64,000 nt of DNA from Mustelus asterias (Eukaryota), in assembly GCF_964213995.1 (NCBI RefSeq), contig NC_135816.1:67704001-67768000 (forward strand), read 5' to 3'. A program made the translations under genes and the position numbers. Position 1 is the first letter of the stretch. Each line of letters begins with the position of its first letter. The notes under the pieces were generated by a model. The model worked only from the letters and a program-made list of their open reading frames with translations. It ran no database searches and was not told the origin of the DNA. Positions 1-14,026 of the stretch are shown here, piece by piece.

Positions 1-727
1 CCCAGCTTGAACAGAAAAAGCTGGAGAAATTAACTTAATTAAGAACAAAATAGAAGCAAGAGGACTTTGTAAATTAAATAGAGCATGGAGGCAGTCAAAC
101 AAAGTAGTAGGCTAAAAAATAATGTGATCGCTTGGAAGACATGCTTTTAAAAAGCATCCTAATTAAGAGTCTGCGAATTTTAAGCTGATTTATTGGCTTT
201 GGGACATGTGTTTCTTTGAGTTGATTCAATACTTCAAAATCAAGTTCAGAACTTTCTGAACCTTGATCAATTACCTAGGGTAACAGGTTAGGGGGCATGG
301 ATGAGGAAAAGCTAAGAATTTTCAGGGACAAATGAAGTGAAATGCCATCCAAAGTGAAGAAACAAAATGGATTGATTCTGTGAGAAAGTGATTGCATGAT
401 GTGCCACTCCAATGTGTTAAAGATGACTGAATGGATATTATGTGGCCAAGGTTGGTTACAAGATGAATTTGGCAGTTCAGGGTCATGTAAACAGCATCTG
501 ATGATTACATTATGTTTCATGGTTGTCGCCTGACTGTTTGCCACAATGTGTTGCCGAGTCCTAACCCTCGACTTACCCTCGTGCAAATCTATAGCACATT
601 CTTGCACCTCACTCAAATCTGTGCCTCAACATGATACATTTTCAAGATGCAATTTGCATTTATCTACCATCGTAAGTTGTTCTTCAAATTCTAACTTCAC
701 AAGATTATTTTATTGGTTATCATATTA

Positions 728-1340
728 AACCAATTTATTGGAGTTCTTTGAAGAAGTCACATGTGCTGTGAATAAAGGGGAACTGGTGAATGTACTTAGA
801 ATGAAATTAGATTTCCAGGAGGCATTTGATAAGGTGCCACAAAATAGGTTGTTGCAAGGGTGAAAAAAAGCTTGTGGTGTCAAGGATAACATATAGAAGA
901 TTAGCTAGCTAATAGCAAGCAGAGATAGGCATAAATGGGCAATGTTATGGCTGGCAAAATGTAATGAATGGTGTGTCATAGGGATCAGTGCTGGGACTTC
1001 AACATTTTACATTTTATATAAATGACTTGGATGAATGGACTGAAGGAATGGTTGCTAAATTTGCTGTTTTGAGACAAAGTTAGGTGAGAAAGTAAGATGT
1101 GAAGAGGGCATAACCTATCTATATCTCTTTGTAGCCTATTAAATGAGTGGACAAAGATCTGGAAAATGCAGTATAACGTTAGACAATGTGAAATTCTCCA
1201 TTTTGGCAGAAAGAATAAAATAGAAATATGTTATGTAAATGGTGAGAGATTGCAGAGATTTGAGTTGCAAAGGGATCTGAGTGCCCTAGTGCATGAATCA
1301 CAAAAGACAAATACACAGGTACAGCAAGTAATTAGGAAAA
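728..1340 (+). mobile_element. Degenerate CR1-clade LINE fragment (RT domain)
   Basis: Translates with frameshifts to NLLEFFEEVT, DFQEAFDKVP, GSVLG, YINDL, ending in the ORF 1166-1450 motif QYNV..CEILHFGRKN. Confidence 0.85.
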
Positions 1341-1811
1341 CTTTAACCATTCTGACTGGCAGTCATGAAACTTACTTCATATCAAAAGCTTCGACTTGTT
1401 TCTGCTCTTTGTCTCATAAACACTTTGAGCACGTTAATAATCATTCATAATCCAAGGATTCAGGGATACATCGACGAGAATCCAACTAAACAGAGGCAAA
1501 CAACTTAATGTCATTCACTACTTTAGAATTCTCTTTCAGTTCCGCCTCAAACAAAACTGGAAGAAAAAATATTGAATTCTGAATGCCTCAAAACAGAGGT
1601 ACTTTAGTGCAGAGCACTGTATCATAAACTAATTACTCTTATTTTTGTTCCAGTCATGTTACCTAATCTTTTGTCACTCCCAGTTAAGAAGTTGGTCTTG
1701 TGTTCTGGAGAAACCAATTATTGTGTCAAAGACACATAACGCTGTAACAAGTCCTTCTGTATCTAATCAGGCTGGTCTGATGATGTTTATTTCGAAGTTT
1801 CAAAAAGACAG

Positions 1812-2630
1812 TTTTGGCCGATGGAGATGGAGTTTAATCCGGATGAATGCGAAGTGATGCATTTTGGAAGAAATAATGTAGGGAGGAGTTATACAATAAA
1901 TGGCAGAGTCATCAGGAGTATAGAAACACAGAGGGACCTAGGTGTGCAAGTCCACAAATCCTTGAAGGTGGCAACACAGGTGGAGAAGGTGGTGAAGAAG
2001 GCATATGGTATGCTTGCCTTTATAGGACGGGGTATAGAGTATAAAAGCTGGAGTCTGATGATGCAGCTGTATAGAACGCTGGTTAGGCCACATTTGGAGT
2101 ACTGCGTCCAGTTCTGGTCGCCGCACTACCAGAAGGACGTGGAGGCATTGGAGAGAGTGCAGAGAAGGTTTACCAGGATGTTGCCTGGTATGGAGGGTCT
2201 TGGCTATGAGGAGAGATTGGGTAGACTGGGGTTGTTCTCCTTGGAAAGACGGAGAATGAGGGGAGATCTAATAGAGGTATACAAGATTATGAAGGGTATA
2301 GATAGGGTGAACAGTGGGAAGCTTTTTCCCAGGTCGGAGGTGACGATCACGAGGGGTCACGGGCTCAAGCTGAGAGGGGCGAAGTATAACTCAGACATCA
2401 GAGGGACGTTTTTTACACAGAGGGTGGTGGGGGCCTGGAATGCGCTGCCAAGTAGGGTGGTGGAGGCAGGCACGCTGACATCGTTTAAGACTTACCTGGA
2501 TAGTCACATGAGCAGCCTGGGAATGGAGGGATACAAACGATTGGTCTAGTTGGACCAAGGAGCGGCACAGGCTTGGAGGGCCGAAGGGCCTGTTTCCTGT
2601 GCTGTACTGTTCTTTGTTCTTTGTTCTTTG
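1812..2630 (+). mobile_element. 5'-truncated young CR1 (HER1-like) LINE 3' end with an open ORF2 C-terminus (1821-2549)
   Basis: Uninterrupted 242 aa with CR1 motifs LYRTLVRPHLEYCVQFWSP, RRMRGDLIEVYK, FFTQRVVGAWNALP; 3' UTR ends in a (TGTTCTT)n tail. Confidence 0.95.
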
Positions 2631-3169
2631 CATGTGCAGAAATTTGTGCATTTGGGACGCTTAAATGGCTGAAAGATTTTAAGCAAACAAAATGTAAAAC
2701 TCAGCATTCTCTAAGCACATTAAGTTTATTTTTTAACATATTCACAGGACATGGTAAGGCCCCAGCATTTCTTGCTCAGCCCTAGTTGTCCCTCACAAGG
2801 TGGTGGTGAGCCACCACCTTGAATACAACTGAGTGCACTTTTGAAGCCATTTCAGAGAAAGATTACAGGGGGGGGAATGTCCCAGCCCACTGTGCTGCTT
2901 TTGTAGCGCAGCAGGCCAGGAGACTCAAGCAGAGCCTGTTTCGCAGGCTCCCTGCTGGGTGCAACTGCTTTGGCACATCTCCGGCAGCCGGATTTCTGGC
3001 GTTGTCAACTCCATGCCTGAAATCGGCGTGGAGCTGCATAAATTATTTAAATGCGCATTTCAAAGCAATTTGCATTTCATTAGCGGGCCCGGGATTGAAA
3101 TCTCCGGGCCTGCTAGCCTCTCCACCTCCCCCCGCTGCCCCCCTGCCAGAAGTGAAACGGGGGCCATCT

Positions 3170-4000
3170 TTTCTTTTCCAGATAATTATCCAACTCTCTT
3201 CTGAATACCTCGGTTGACTCTGCCTCCACCACACTTGCGGACAGCGCATTCCAGATCCTAACCACTCACTGCGTGAAGAGGTGTTTCCTCATGTCACCTT
3301 TGCTTCTTTTGCCAATTACTTTAAATCTGTGCTCTCTGGTTCTTGATCCTTTTGTTGAGGAATAACCAGACAACGCACGATGAGTACTCAATCTCCCAAG
3401 CTTTTATTACTTGCTAGCAAGGAGAACAGACACAGTGAATTTCACTGTGATGTTTTGTTGATTCATACAGATAATTAGTAGTTATAGTTAATTGCAGCAA
3501 ATGAGAAATGAGTAACTTTCTAATCCTTCATTTGCATACATAGTCCACCAATCATAGCATAGCTTTTTGCCCTTCCTTATCCAATAGAAAACTGTCTTCT
3601 TGATTAGCATAATATGTCACTATATCTTGTGTTTTTTGGTATTTGTCATGGTAACTTGTTTTTGTTTCATACTGTGGCCAAGGTGGGAATGCAGTGTTTA
3701 TGAACCTAACATAACGTTAGATTAGTCTCTTTCCTGAATACGCAACTGCTGATCTTCACTGAGGCCCTGTCTGATAATAAGCCTTTTCCATCATTGCTGA
3801 CAGAGCCGCCCGCCATAGTTGTTCTAGCTTAATATCCACACTTCCACCAGTTTCTCTCCATCTGCTCTGTCCAGGCCCCTCATGATTTTGAATACCTCTA
3901 TCAAGTCTCCTCTCAACCTTCTTTTCTCCAATGAGAACAGCCCCAACTTGTTCAAACTGAAGTTCGTCATTGCTGGAACCTTGTTTGTGAATCTTTCCTG
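3170..4000 (-). mobile_element. Old CR1 3' fragment interrupted by a solo LTR
   Basis: Reverse strand resembles the CR1 C-terminal region on both sides of 3353-3840. Confidence 0.65.
3353..3840 (-). mobile_element. Solo LTR (488 bp)
   Basis: TGTTGA...TCCACA termini, imperfect 4-bp TSD CTTT/CTTC, minus-strand AATAAA near 3402, cleanly splits a CR1 fragment. Confidence 0.65.
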
Positions 4001-5114
4001 CCTTTCAGCTGCCAGTCAGGTCAGGGGGATAGTCATGTGTTGGATTGGGAAAGTTGCTGGGTCTTGTTGGGGAGTAGTCCCATCTAGTTGGGTTGTCAGG
4101 GAGGTAATTGGATCGTTGAAGATGTGGGGGTAGTTGGGTCTGCTCAGGCAAGTAATTGGGTGGTCGATGGAAGGTAGTTGGGTCTGTTCGGGAAGATCAG
4201 GTGGCCAGGTATCTAATTGAGTGATCGGGGGAATAGTCAGGTGATCGGGGGATGGGTGAGGGTTAGTCAGGTGATCAGAGGGTTTGTCAGATGATTGGGG
4301 AGTAGGCAGATGGTCTTGGGGTGATTGTAGGGAGTCAGCTGTGGTGTTGAGTACAATTTTACTGGCTCAGCACTGAGTTAGATCAGGTATCAAACTGTGT
4401 AACATTTCCTGGGCATGTGTGCAGTTAAGTCTCATGTATTTGACCGAAGTTTCTGCTCTGAGCTCAGAGTCAGAGACATTTGTGGAGGTTCCCATTGGGT
4501 CAAAATCCTGGAACTGCCCTCGAGTGGATATTCCTATAGTACATGAATTGCAAGAGTTCAAGAAGTCGGGTCACCTTTGTGTTCTTAAGAGTAAATAGAC
4601 AATAGGTGATGACCTTACCAGTGTTGCCCACATCCAGGAATGAACACAACATTTAAAGCTAATTTCTATTGGGATTCTGCTGTCATTACAGACTGATAGG
4701 AAAGGACAAGTTTTCTTTTGACCCATTTAGATTTGGTCCCAATAGTTTTTTGCCCAGACTATGTACAGCATGCACTACAATGACCAAACACAGATATGAA
4801 TTCTTCCACTGACCTTGTTGCTGGAATGTATAAGGCCTGGATAAAATCCAAGACTTGATTAAGTGACAGCTAACTTCCAAGATTCTTCACAAAATAGTCA
4901 AATCCTCACAGAAATCAATAGAAGCAATTTAAAATGGGATTTCCATGTACTCTACAATACTCTTATCACCTAATCTAAAATTACAATCTTCTCTACACAT
5001 AATTTACAAGAGTAAAATTCAATTCTTTCTTTCTCTCAACTCCAAAACCATTTGATGTTCACGCCATAAAAGCTGGAAAACTATCTTTTAAGTATAAGTG
5101 CAGTTTCTATTTCA

Positions 5115-5457
5115 GGGGCGGCACGATAGCACAGTGGTTAGCACTGCTGCTTCACAGCTCCAGGGTCCCGGGTTCGATTCCCGGCTCGGGTCACTGTCTG
5201 TGTGGAGTTTGCACATTCTCCTCATGTCTGCGTGGGTTTCCTCCGGGTGCTCCGGTTTCCTCCCACAGTCCAAAGATGTGCGGGTTAGGTTGATTGGCCA
5301 GGTTAAAAAATTGCCCCTTAGAGTCCTGGGATGTGTAGGTTAGAGGGCTTAGTGGGTAAAATATGTGGGGGTAGGGCCTGGATGGAATTGTGGTCGGTGC
5401 AGACTCGATGGGCCGAATGGCCTCCTTCTGCACTGTAGGGTTTCTATGATTTCTATG
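5115..5457 (+). mobile_element. Full-length HE1-type V-SINE
   Basis: tRNA-like head (A box TAGCACAGTGG, B box GGTTCGATTCC), V-core GGGTTTCCTCCGGGTGCTCCGGTTTCCTCCCACAGTCCAAAGA, CR1-like tail GGCCGAATGGCCTCCTTCTGCACTGTAGGG..TTCTATG. Confidence 0.92.
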
Positions 5458-5621
5458 TAATGTCGGGTTGATTAGGATTCCCTTTCTTGTGGGTTAAGGA
5501 CCCAGCATGACTTTGGAATTTATTCACCAATCTCAAAATTGGTGAACCAGTGATTCTTGAAGGTCATTGTTGTTCTCATGAGTATCTCACTGAAAACAGC
5601 AGTCCAGTATTGATATAAAAA

Positions 5622-5735
5622 CAAAATAACGCTGGAGATCTGCAATAAAAATGGAAATTGCTGCAAAAACTCAGCAGGTCTGGCAGCATCTGTGGAGAGA
5701 GAAACAGAGATTTGAGTCCAATATGACTCTCCCTG
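5622..5735. mobile_element. Terminal remnant of a Penelope-like repeat family
   Basis: CTCAGCAGGTCTGGCAGCATCTGTGGAGAGAGAAACAGAG, shared with 32500-32660, about 55350-55435 and 58445-58565. Confidence 0.5.
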
Positions 5736-6037
5736 GAACTCCAAGTCAAGTATTGATGGTTGACAAATACGTATTATTTCCTTGATTTTATATTTCAAAT
5801 CTCTGTCTCGTGAGCACTATTTGTTTGATCAACCTCTGCATCATATCGTCCTTAAAAATCTCAATTACATGCACATATCCAGCTGCCATTTTGTCATGGG
5901 GCAACACAAAGGCTAACTGATCCCATGACAGCGCTGGCCCCTTTCTGTTCTGTTTCTTTGCACGTATACAAAAAATATCTCCATCTTTATATGATGACCT
6001 CAGAATAGTGACATCAGAAGTTTAAATCACTGCTGTT

Positions 6038-6335
6038 TTAAGTTTATTTATTAGTGTCACAAGTAGGCTTACATTAACATTGCAGTGAAGTTACTGTGAA
6101 CATTCCCTAGTTGCCACACTTGGGCATCTGTTCGGGTACACTGAGGGAGAACTTAGTATGGCCAATACATCTAATCAGGACGTCTTTCGGTCTGTGGGAG
6201 GAAACCAGAGCACCCGGAGGAAACCCACGCAGACACGGGGAGAACATGCAGACTCTGCATAGACAATGACCCAAGCTGGGAATCGAACCTGGGTCCCTGG
6301 TGCTGTGAGGCAGCATTGCTACCCACTGTGCCACC
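6038..6335 (-). mobile_element. V-SINE with alternative 3' tail
   Basis: Same head and V-core as HE1, but the tail is ..TAAGCCTACTTGTGACACTAATAA..AAACTT. Confidence 0.88.
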
Positions 6336-6379
6336 TCTGACATTGTTAGCCATTGATAAACAGATGCAATATTAGTAAC

Positions 6380-6610
6380 AGTGGCAGTGAAACTACCAGA
6401 TTGTTGCAAAAGCTCCATCTGGCTCACTAATGTCCTTTAGAGAAGGAAATCAGCTTTCCACACATGGTCTATTCTATATGTGATTCCAGACCCACAGAAA
6501 TGTGACTTACTCTTGACCATCCACTGACATAGTCAAGCAATCCATTCAGTTGTCTGGTTCACGGCATCAAATGCAAGACCTGCCAATGATGCCCCTACCT
6601 TGTAAACAAG
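6380..6610 (+). mobile_element. 3' part of a second SINE family
   Basis: CTGGCTCACTAATGTCCTTTAG..GGAAAT..GATTCCAGACCCACAG; homologous to 41380-41610 and 43275-43495. Confidence 0.6.
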
Positions 6611-8120
6611 TGAAAAATAACCTGATATTTCTCATGTGTGCTAACCACTCGAACATAATCTTTCCCCTGAAATCAAGATATGACTACCAAAAGGAGTGAT
6701 TTCTAATCGGTCTCTCATTGTGTCTTTTGGGGTTCTTCCAGAAAAAGTTTTCAGAACAACAAGGATAACAGCATTAATTAATTATACTAAATGTTACTAA
6801 ATTACACAAAATGCTGATGATGATATTTTATCTGTGGATAGGAATGGTGGTCAAAATGATGTTTGATCATGGGTGAACTGTTTTTTTTCAGAAAAGTGTT
6901 GAAGGATTACATTTTCTTGGGTGCTGATCTATAATGACTAGTTGTCATGCATAATCATCAGGAACTGGCACATTTTAAATGATGTCAGGCCCTCTGACAT
7001 AAAAGCACACACAGAATAATGTTTAAAGGAAACTGAATTAAAAAGATTGCAATCAAAATGTTGTGCCAATAAAACATTATAAAATAAACAAAGAACAATT
7101 TATAAATGTCACCTCAACATTGCCTTTCGATATCAAAGTAATACTGAGAAAGATATTTTTAGTATGCAATTAAGTTCATAATTCTTATTATTCTATTGTC
7201 AATGTGACATGCTGTTGGTTCATTGTGGGCATGTGGCAGGGGAGTTGTGTGATGTTCATGGAAGATATTAAACAGATTGGCAGCATCATTACAGGAGGCT
7301 TGTCAATAAATAAACAGGTTACTGGAAAATTGCCTATCCAGTATAATAGCTCGTCCTCTCATTGGCATGCAGAATGCATAAAGCACAGCAGAAATTAATG
7401 CCTAAATGGGAAGTGTTCATGCATATGCACGTTATGTAAATCAACTAAAAGTCCAATCAGTTTAGCAGCCTTTGGAAAACAGGTTGGTATCACTGTAAAA
7501 TAACACTCTAAAGTAAAGCAGTTTACCCTATAGAAGACTACATTCCTGTTGCCTGAATTGCTCATACTTGCCAATCTCTAGAATATAGAACTTGAATACA
7601 CTAAAGATCTGCTCATCAAGGAGGACTGTTACTGTTCTGGGAAGGGGGGAGAGACATAAATCATATTCAACATCTCTTTGTCACATGCAATTAATAAGAT
7701 GCTGGTTTCTCAATTGTTGATGTTACACTTACCTCAGTAATGTGTTTCAATACAAAACACATTATTGAAATAGAAATTACACGAGTGCATTGCACCTTTA
7801 TAGACATTGCTTCCCATAGAACAATTCAAGAGTGAGATGATCCCAATCAATCACAAACTGCTACGTGCACCTTTGTGCATTAAGGTGGAAGAGAGATTTT
7901 ATTACTTTAAGTTAAAACTTTTTCCATCAAGTACTGATGATGATAATGATGTGTTAATTTGATAGTACATTTATGATAGGGTCAAGTGTACTTTCACGGA
8001 CAAAAAAATGTTCTGTGTATTTAAGTTAATTATTTGCATTAATGTTGTTACTTCAGCATGGAAAATGACTCCAAAATGTTTCACAAAGCCTTAATAAGAA
8101 AAAATGGAAACTGAGACTAA

Positions 8121-8246
8121 GGCTAGAATTTTACCGCCCTGCCTGCCACAGGAATTGGAGCAGGCGAGGTACAGAGAATGGAAATGTCCATTGACCTTGG
8201 GCTGAGTTTTATGGTTTTGGGATGAGCGAGGCCGTAAAATCCCACC
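8121..8246. mobile_element. PIF/Harbinger-type MITE
   Basis: TIRs GGCTAGAATTTTAC / GTAAAATCCCACC; 3-bp TSD TAA (8118-8120 and 8247-8249). Confidence 0.75.
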
Positions 8247-10749
8247 TAATGAGTCTATAAAGGTTGCTCCAGTTTTCAGCCAGTTCTGAACTGCCTCAAT
8301 GTTGCTCGTGAATTCAAGGACTTTGTTCGAGCAATCTCTTCCTTTTCTGAAGTCAGCCTCCGGCTTGGGAGTGTGGCTTCTAAAGTTTCTTTCAGTTGGG
8401 GATGAACAGTTTGACCACCTTCCAGACAGTAGCCTGAGGTGTGATGGGATATGAGCTTTTAGGAGTCTGGGCTGTATTTCCTGACTTTAGGGTAACACAA
8501 TGAACTTGGAATGGCGATGGACCTCTGAGATTATCCCTGTGGCAAGGATGTTGGAGAGGCAAGTTTGGCCAGCCTCATCAGTCCATTTGGGCCCTGGTTC
8601 CTGTTGTATTTCTGTGGTTGATTCCAGTTGTCAATCCCAGCAGCCTTTTGAGAGCTGGTGGTTATCACCGTTATCTCAACCTTTGCAGTGGGTAAGACAG
8701 CTGAAAAGGTGTTGTGTGGAGCGACCTTTTGCAGAGAATGTTTAAGCAGCCTTTTCAAACTCTGTTTATTTTCACTGGCAGTCATTGTCTCTTAGTTCAG
8801 TTTGAGGCAGGCCTAAGTGGCATTTGCATAGTCCTTCAGCATCTCTAGGTGGCATCAAACTGGTAAAGCAAGTTTCTACCTGAAAAGTGAGAAATCCAGG
8901 TTTTTCCATGACTCTCCCTCGATCTAATTGCCCTCTGCCTAGGGAATCCATGAGTGTTGTTGTTATATCTGGATCTTCTGTGTCAATAAACTATGCCAAC
9001 ATTCTCTCAAACTCCTGGGCCCAGCACGACCAAGGGGTGGCCAAACCAAATATCCCATTGTAAGCTTTTCACATCATGCAAAGGTAGTAGTTGTATTTTC
9101 ACCTGCGTAAGCTCAAACTTTCCATTCTCTAAACATTTCAACACCCTGCAGCCATTCCTTGATTTAATCGTCCAGGCTTGACTTGTGTGGTATAATGTTC
9201 TAACTATTTACTGTCAACTGTGGAATATTAGCTACTAATTACAATTCATTAGTACTGTGGTACTGCAGAATTTATGGTAATTCGCATTGCTCTGCACAGT
9301 GCATAATATTAAACCCTTCTAATGGAAGCACTTTGCTAAAACACACAATGAAGGCAACCGTTAAGAGAGAGGTTTTATCTGAACATGTCAGATTGCTATC
9401 ATCCTGTCCTTTCGAAAAACTAAAAATGCTTCAGATGAAAGTCCTCGGAGTATTAGATTTTACAATTTAAAAGAAAAGTTTGTGAAAAGTTGTAAAACTC
9501 CGGAGGTTAATCAAATAATACAATTTGAGCTTTCATGATTGTGAAGGAATTAATATTAATTCAAAAACTATAGGTGGAATCTTGAGCCCTCTCTTGCCAT
9601 CTGAAAGATTGCTCATGTGTGCTCAAGTTGTGGGCGAAATCTGGAAGTTGTGGTTCTCAGTGGCGAAATCACGACTTCCAATTCTCGCTGCTCCTTGCTG
9701 GTGACATGATCAGGTTCACGCCCAATTTAATAGATTTCCATACCATTAAACACCACCCCCACCTGCCCCTACCCTGTCAGATATTGACTCGCTGCCGTCT
9801 ATTTACACCACACCAACATGATATCACATCAGGATGGTTTACAACAGGTCACCCAGACATGAACCTGTCATGGGGATCCAGCGACAGTGAAGGAACTGCG
9901 ATATATTAACAATGGTGAGTGACTTGGAGGGGAACTTGTAGGTCGTGGTGTTCCCATGTATCTGCTGCCCTTGTCCTTCTCGATGGAAATGGTTATGGGT
10001 TTGGAAGGTGTTGTCTAAGGCTCTTTGGTGAATTTCTACAGTTCACATCTGAATAGGAGTTTTATTCAAAGGTTACCTCTGAGGCACAAAACACAACAAC
10101 CACTCTGCTATCGCTCCCCTGAGTTCCATAACCCATCTCAGAAATTATTTTTCTAATGGTGCAATTAGCAGTTTTATTATGTGGTGCTATTGAATGTGTG
10201 GCTCGTTACTGCACTTATGTTTGGTGGACAGTGAGAAAGTCTGAAGTTGGAACTGATCAAAACTGCTAAACTGAAAACCCACTTAGTCGGAGGCCGACCT
10301 AATTCAAATTCTGAAAGAGCTGTGAAGATCATTCCTCTGGGAAGGTGAAAACGATTGTACTTCAGCCGAGATAAATCACCTACTCTGACCTTCACTATTG
10401 TATTTCTCCAGCAATAAGATAGCTTTGACGGTGGCTGAGAGTTCTGATGGGCAAGAGACTTAATGGATCCCCCAGCAAAACAACAACTTCTTTCAGAATG
10501 ACCAAATTAATCTAATCCTTCTCTCTCAGACCTAAGAAGACCTAAATACGTGTTGACTTTGAGCAATAGTATTAATTGGTGATAGACAATCCTAATGTTT
10601 ATCCCCATTGAAGCCAGACCAAGAACGCTGAGGGACTGTAAAAACTGGCTGTGAATAAATGAAGCATGTTTAAAGCTTATATGAATCTTTTGGAAAGATT
10701 TTTCACTCCCCCCTCCCTTCCACAAACATTCACTCTCTCGACCATTGTC

Positions 10750-11112
10750 AAACAGTGGGAGCAGTGTGTACCATCTACATGATGCACTATAGGAACTCAC
10801 CAAGGCTTCTTAGGCCGCACCTTCCAAACTCATGACTGCGACAGCCTAGAAAGACAAAAGCAAATATCTGGGAACACCACCACCTAAAAGTTCCCCTCCA
10901 AACCACTGACAATCCTAACTTGGAAATATATAATCGTTCCTTCACTCTCGCTGAGTCAAAATCCTGGAACTCACTCCCTAACAGCACTCTGGGTGTACCT
11001 ACACCATATGGACTGCAGTGGTTTTAAAAAGGCAGCTCACCACCACCTTCTCAAGGGCAATTAGGAATGGGCAATAAATATTGACTTGGGCAGCAGTGCC
11101 TATACCCCATGA
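10750..11112 (+). mobile_element. LINE 3' end (family ending WNSLP..GLQ.FKKAAHHHLLKGN)
   Basis: C-terminal LINE motif plus 3' UTR; related minus-strand pieces at about 2735-2825, 9905-10040, 22775-22905 and 58630-58745. Confidence 0.7.
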
Positions 11113-11256
11113 GCTCTGTACTCCATGATGTGCAACAGTTGTATTGTTGATGCATTGCGCAGGTAAAATAACGAAGTCCCAGAGAGATCCAGCATATTGA
11201 TCGTACGTGGAAAAGCACACAAAGGCAGATACAGACGTGGAACAATTGAAAATCTG

Positions 11257-11380
11257 GGGTGGGATTTTCCAGCCGCACTCGTCCCTCGGCCGGAAATTTC
11301 TGCCCAAGTTCAACGGAACTTTCATGGTCTCCCTCTGCCCCTACAATTCCCATGGCAGGCGAGATGGGAAAATTCCGCCC
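11257..11380. mobile_element. PIF/Harbinger-type MITE
   Basis: TIRs GGGTGGGATTTTCC / GGAAAATTCCGCCC; TSD CTG (11254-11256 and 11381-11383). Confidence 0.8.
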
Positions 11381-11776
11381 CTGGGGTTGCTAACTCAGGA
11401 TGTGGGGATGCCGGCATTGGATGCCTAACTCGGGTCAGACTTAAAGTGGCATTACGGAATCCCAGCGATGTGACGTGAGTGAGTGAGCCCATCTAGAAGT
11501 GGACAAAGTCCAAAGCCTCAAACACTAGCAGCTGAACCTGGGTAATGAGTGCCCACAGTGTGTGACATTATACTCCAGTTGAATCTATTATTGCCGGACA
11601 GTTATAGTTGAATTTTGCACTGGGCACCAACAAGCAGTCACCCAACTTACACTCTCTGTCTGGCGGTGGCCCTGGCCTGCATCCTCCTGATGGATACCGA
11701 CGTGATAACATTTCCTGCTTCTGTGCGTACGATGTTACAGCAAATGTAAGTTAAACCCGGACGGAGCCAGTAGCCT

Positions 11777-11945
11777 ACATAGAACATAGAACATAGTAAA
11801 AATGAACATTACAGCGCAGTACAGGCCCTTCGGCCCTCGATGTTGCGCCGACCAGTGGAACCAATCTAAAGCCCCTCTAATCTACACTATTCCAATATCA
11901 TCCATATGTTTATCCAATAACCATTTGAATGCTCTTAATGTTGAC
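11777..11945 (-). mobile_element. CR1 3' tail
   Basis: (ACATAGA)n followed by ACAGGCCCTTCGGCCC, the reverse complement of the CR1 tail. Confidence 0.8.
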
Positions 11946-12002
11946 ATATTACCTTCAATAAAATAAAAGTGTGGAGACACTGTAAAGGCAGCCAACAACA
12001 TA

Positions 12003-12288
12003 GTGGCACAGTGGTTAGCATTGCTGCCTCACTGTGCCAGGGACCTGTGTTCAATTCCAGTCTTGGGTGGCTGTCTCGTCTTTGCATGCTCTCCTCGTGT
12101 CTGCGTGGGCTTCCTCCAGTTTCCTCCCGCGGTTTAAAGATGTGCAAGTTAGGCGGATTGACCATTATAAATGCATGTATTATGGGGTTAGGGAGGAGGA
12201 GAGGGCCTGGGTGGGATGCTCTTTCAGAGAGTCGGTGCAGAACTCGATGGGCCAAATGACCTCTTTCTGTACTGTAGGGATTCTATGG
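12003..12288 (+). mobile_element. HE1-type V-SINE
   Basis: tRNA head, V-core and CR1-type tail. Confidence 0.85.
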
Positions 12289-12946
12289 TAGCACATTACT
12301 GACAGCTAGCATCTGAAAGTCTGGCACCAACCCAGGTGGCACTCCCAGTCTGTCATCCACTTCCAAGACACTGCATAAATAATTAAATGGACTAATCCAG
12401 CCTATGATGCAAGGCCAATTCATCTGGGTTCACATGCATGTGTTCCTGGTTAAGCACCAGCTAACTACTACTGAGGTGCTGCATATATCATGGAAGCTCG
12501 ACAGATGTTGCAATCTTATCTCACAGCAAATTACAGGCACAGATGTTATTCCAACACTCCTGATACCAGAAAATAATTGCAAGAATGCAATTTGGAAAAA
12601 TATACAAATAATAATTGAGCCTATCTGTCCTGGTAGCATTGTTGCGATGACAACTCTAATCTATTCTAAGCTGCTGACACAACTATTCATCTCGCTCTCC
12701 CTTTAAGACAATAATAAAGCTTTGTTCAACATGGCCCCAATTGACACAAACTCTTATATTACTCATTACTGAAAATGAAACTTCGCAATTACATCCAACT
12801 CCAAATGAAGAAGCAACACAGGGAAGCTAGCTGCACAAATCATATTTTGAAAATTGATATCCCAAAGGCACCATGTATTGTTTGCTGATCCACTGCTCTG
12901 ACTAGCTTTTCCTTTCACAAAAGAACTTGATCTAATCAAGGCCTGC

Positions 12947-13228
12947 ATGGTTAGCACTGCTGCTTCACAGCGCCAGGGACCTGGGTTCAATTCCAGCCTC
13001 AGGTCACTGTCTGTGTGGAGTTTTCACATTCTCCCCCTGTCTGCATGTGTTTGTTCCGGTTTCCTCCCATACTCCAAAGATTAGGTTGATTGGCTATGCC
13101 CTCGTGTCAGGGGATTATCAGGGTAAATATGTGAGGTTACGGGAATAGGGCCTGGGTGGGATTGTGGTCGGTGCAGACTCGATGGGCCGAATAGCCTCCT
13201 TCTGCATTGTAGGGATCCAATGATTCTA
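12947..13228 (+). mobile_element. HE1-type V-SINE
   Basis: tRNA head, V-core and CR1-type tail. Confidence 0.85.
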
Positions 13229-14026
13229 ATCCCACCTGATGATATCTTCTCCAAGACAGTCCCAAAGGTCTGACGTGAAAATGGTGTGAATTTTGCCACA
13301 GGCATTGGAATCCCTAAAAGTGAGCCCCAAGCCCAGACTTGCTACCTTGACAATTTTAGTGCAGGTGATCTCCTGGTTGGCTGCCTGTGGGCCTGCCATG
13401 CAATTGAGTATGGCCGACTGGCTGTTGATGCTGCCCACCCAATCAAAGGGCTGGCAGCATTGAAGCCTCGGCCTTGCTACCAGGAGAGATGGTTACTGCT
13501 GAGGCAGTAGAAACAACTTGAAAGTTAAGCGGGCTGAGGGTCAGAAGGGAAAGTCCTCTGGGGGGAATTGTTGGGGCGTACCATCGCAGCCCATCATCAC
13601 CCCCTCCCTTCCCATCATCACCCCCTCCCTTCCCACCCCCAGGCTGCTACTGGGAAGCCACTTACTTCTAGCAAATGATTTCCCAACGCCGGGGCACCAT
13701 CTGCCTTTTGCAAGATGTTAGCAGCCCCAGAAAATGGTACTTAATTGGACTTTTGCTTTTAATTATGCTAATTGGAGGCAGCAACTAATTAAAATGCCCC
13801 AACAATGAAACCAATTCTGTGTGCTATCCCAACACAGCTGCCCAAGATTTAATCGGTACCCCACCACCTCACCTCCAGTAGCACTTTACCCATTAAGTCT
13901 GAAATCTTGAACTTACTTCTGGTTCTGAACCCTTGAATACAGCTCAACAATTGCCAAATATTTCCACTGGCACATTCACTCCAACATGGCAGAATCTGGT
14001 TCTGATCATTCCAGCTCAGAACTTGG

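Noticed and set aside
4010-4345. G-rich degenerate repeat region
   Set aside because: A decayed simple repeat with no clear unit or boundaries.
5115-5190. tRNA genes at SINE heads
   Set aside because: A and B boxes are present, but they run straight into SINE cores and I could not build a full cloverleaf.
8300-8990. Possible minus-strand RTE-like LINE remnant
   Set aside because: The similarity is too degraded for me to assign without a search.
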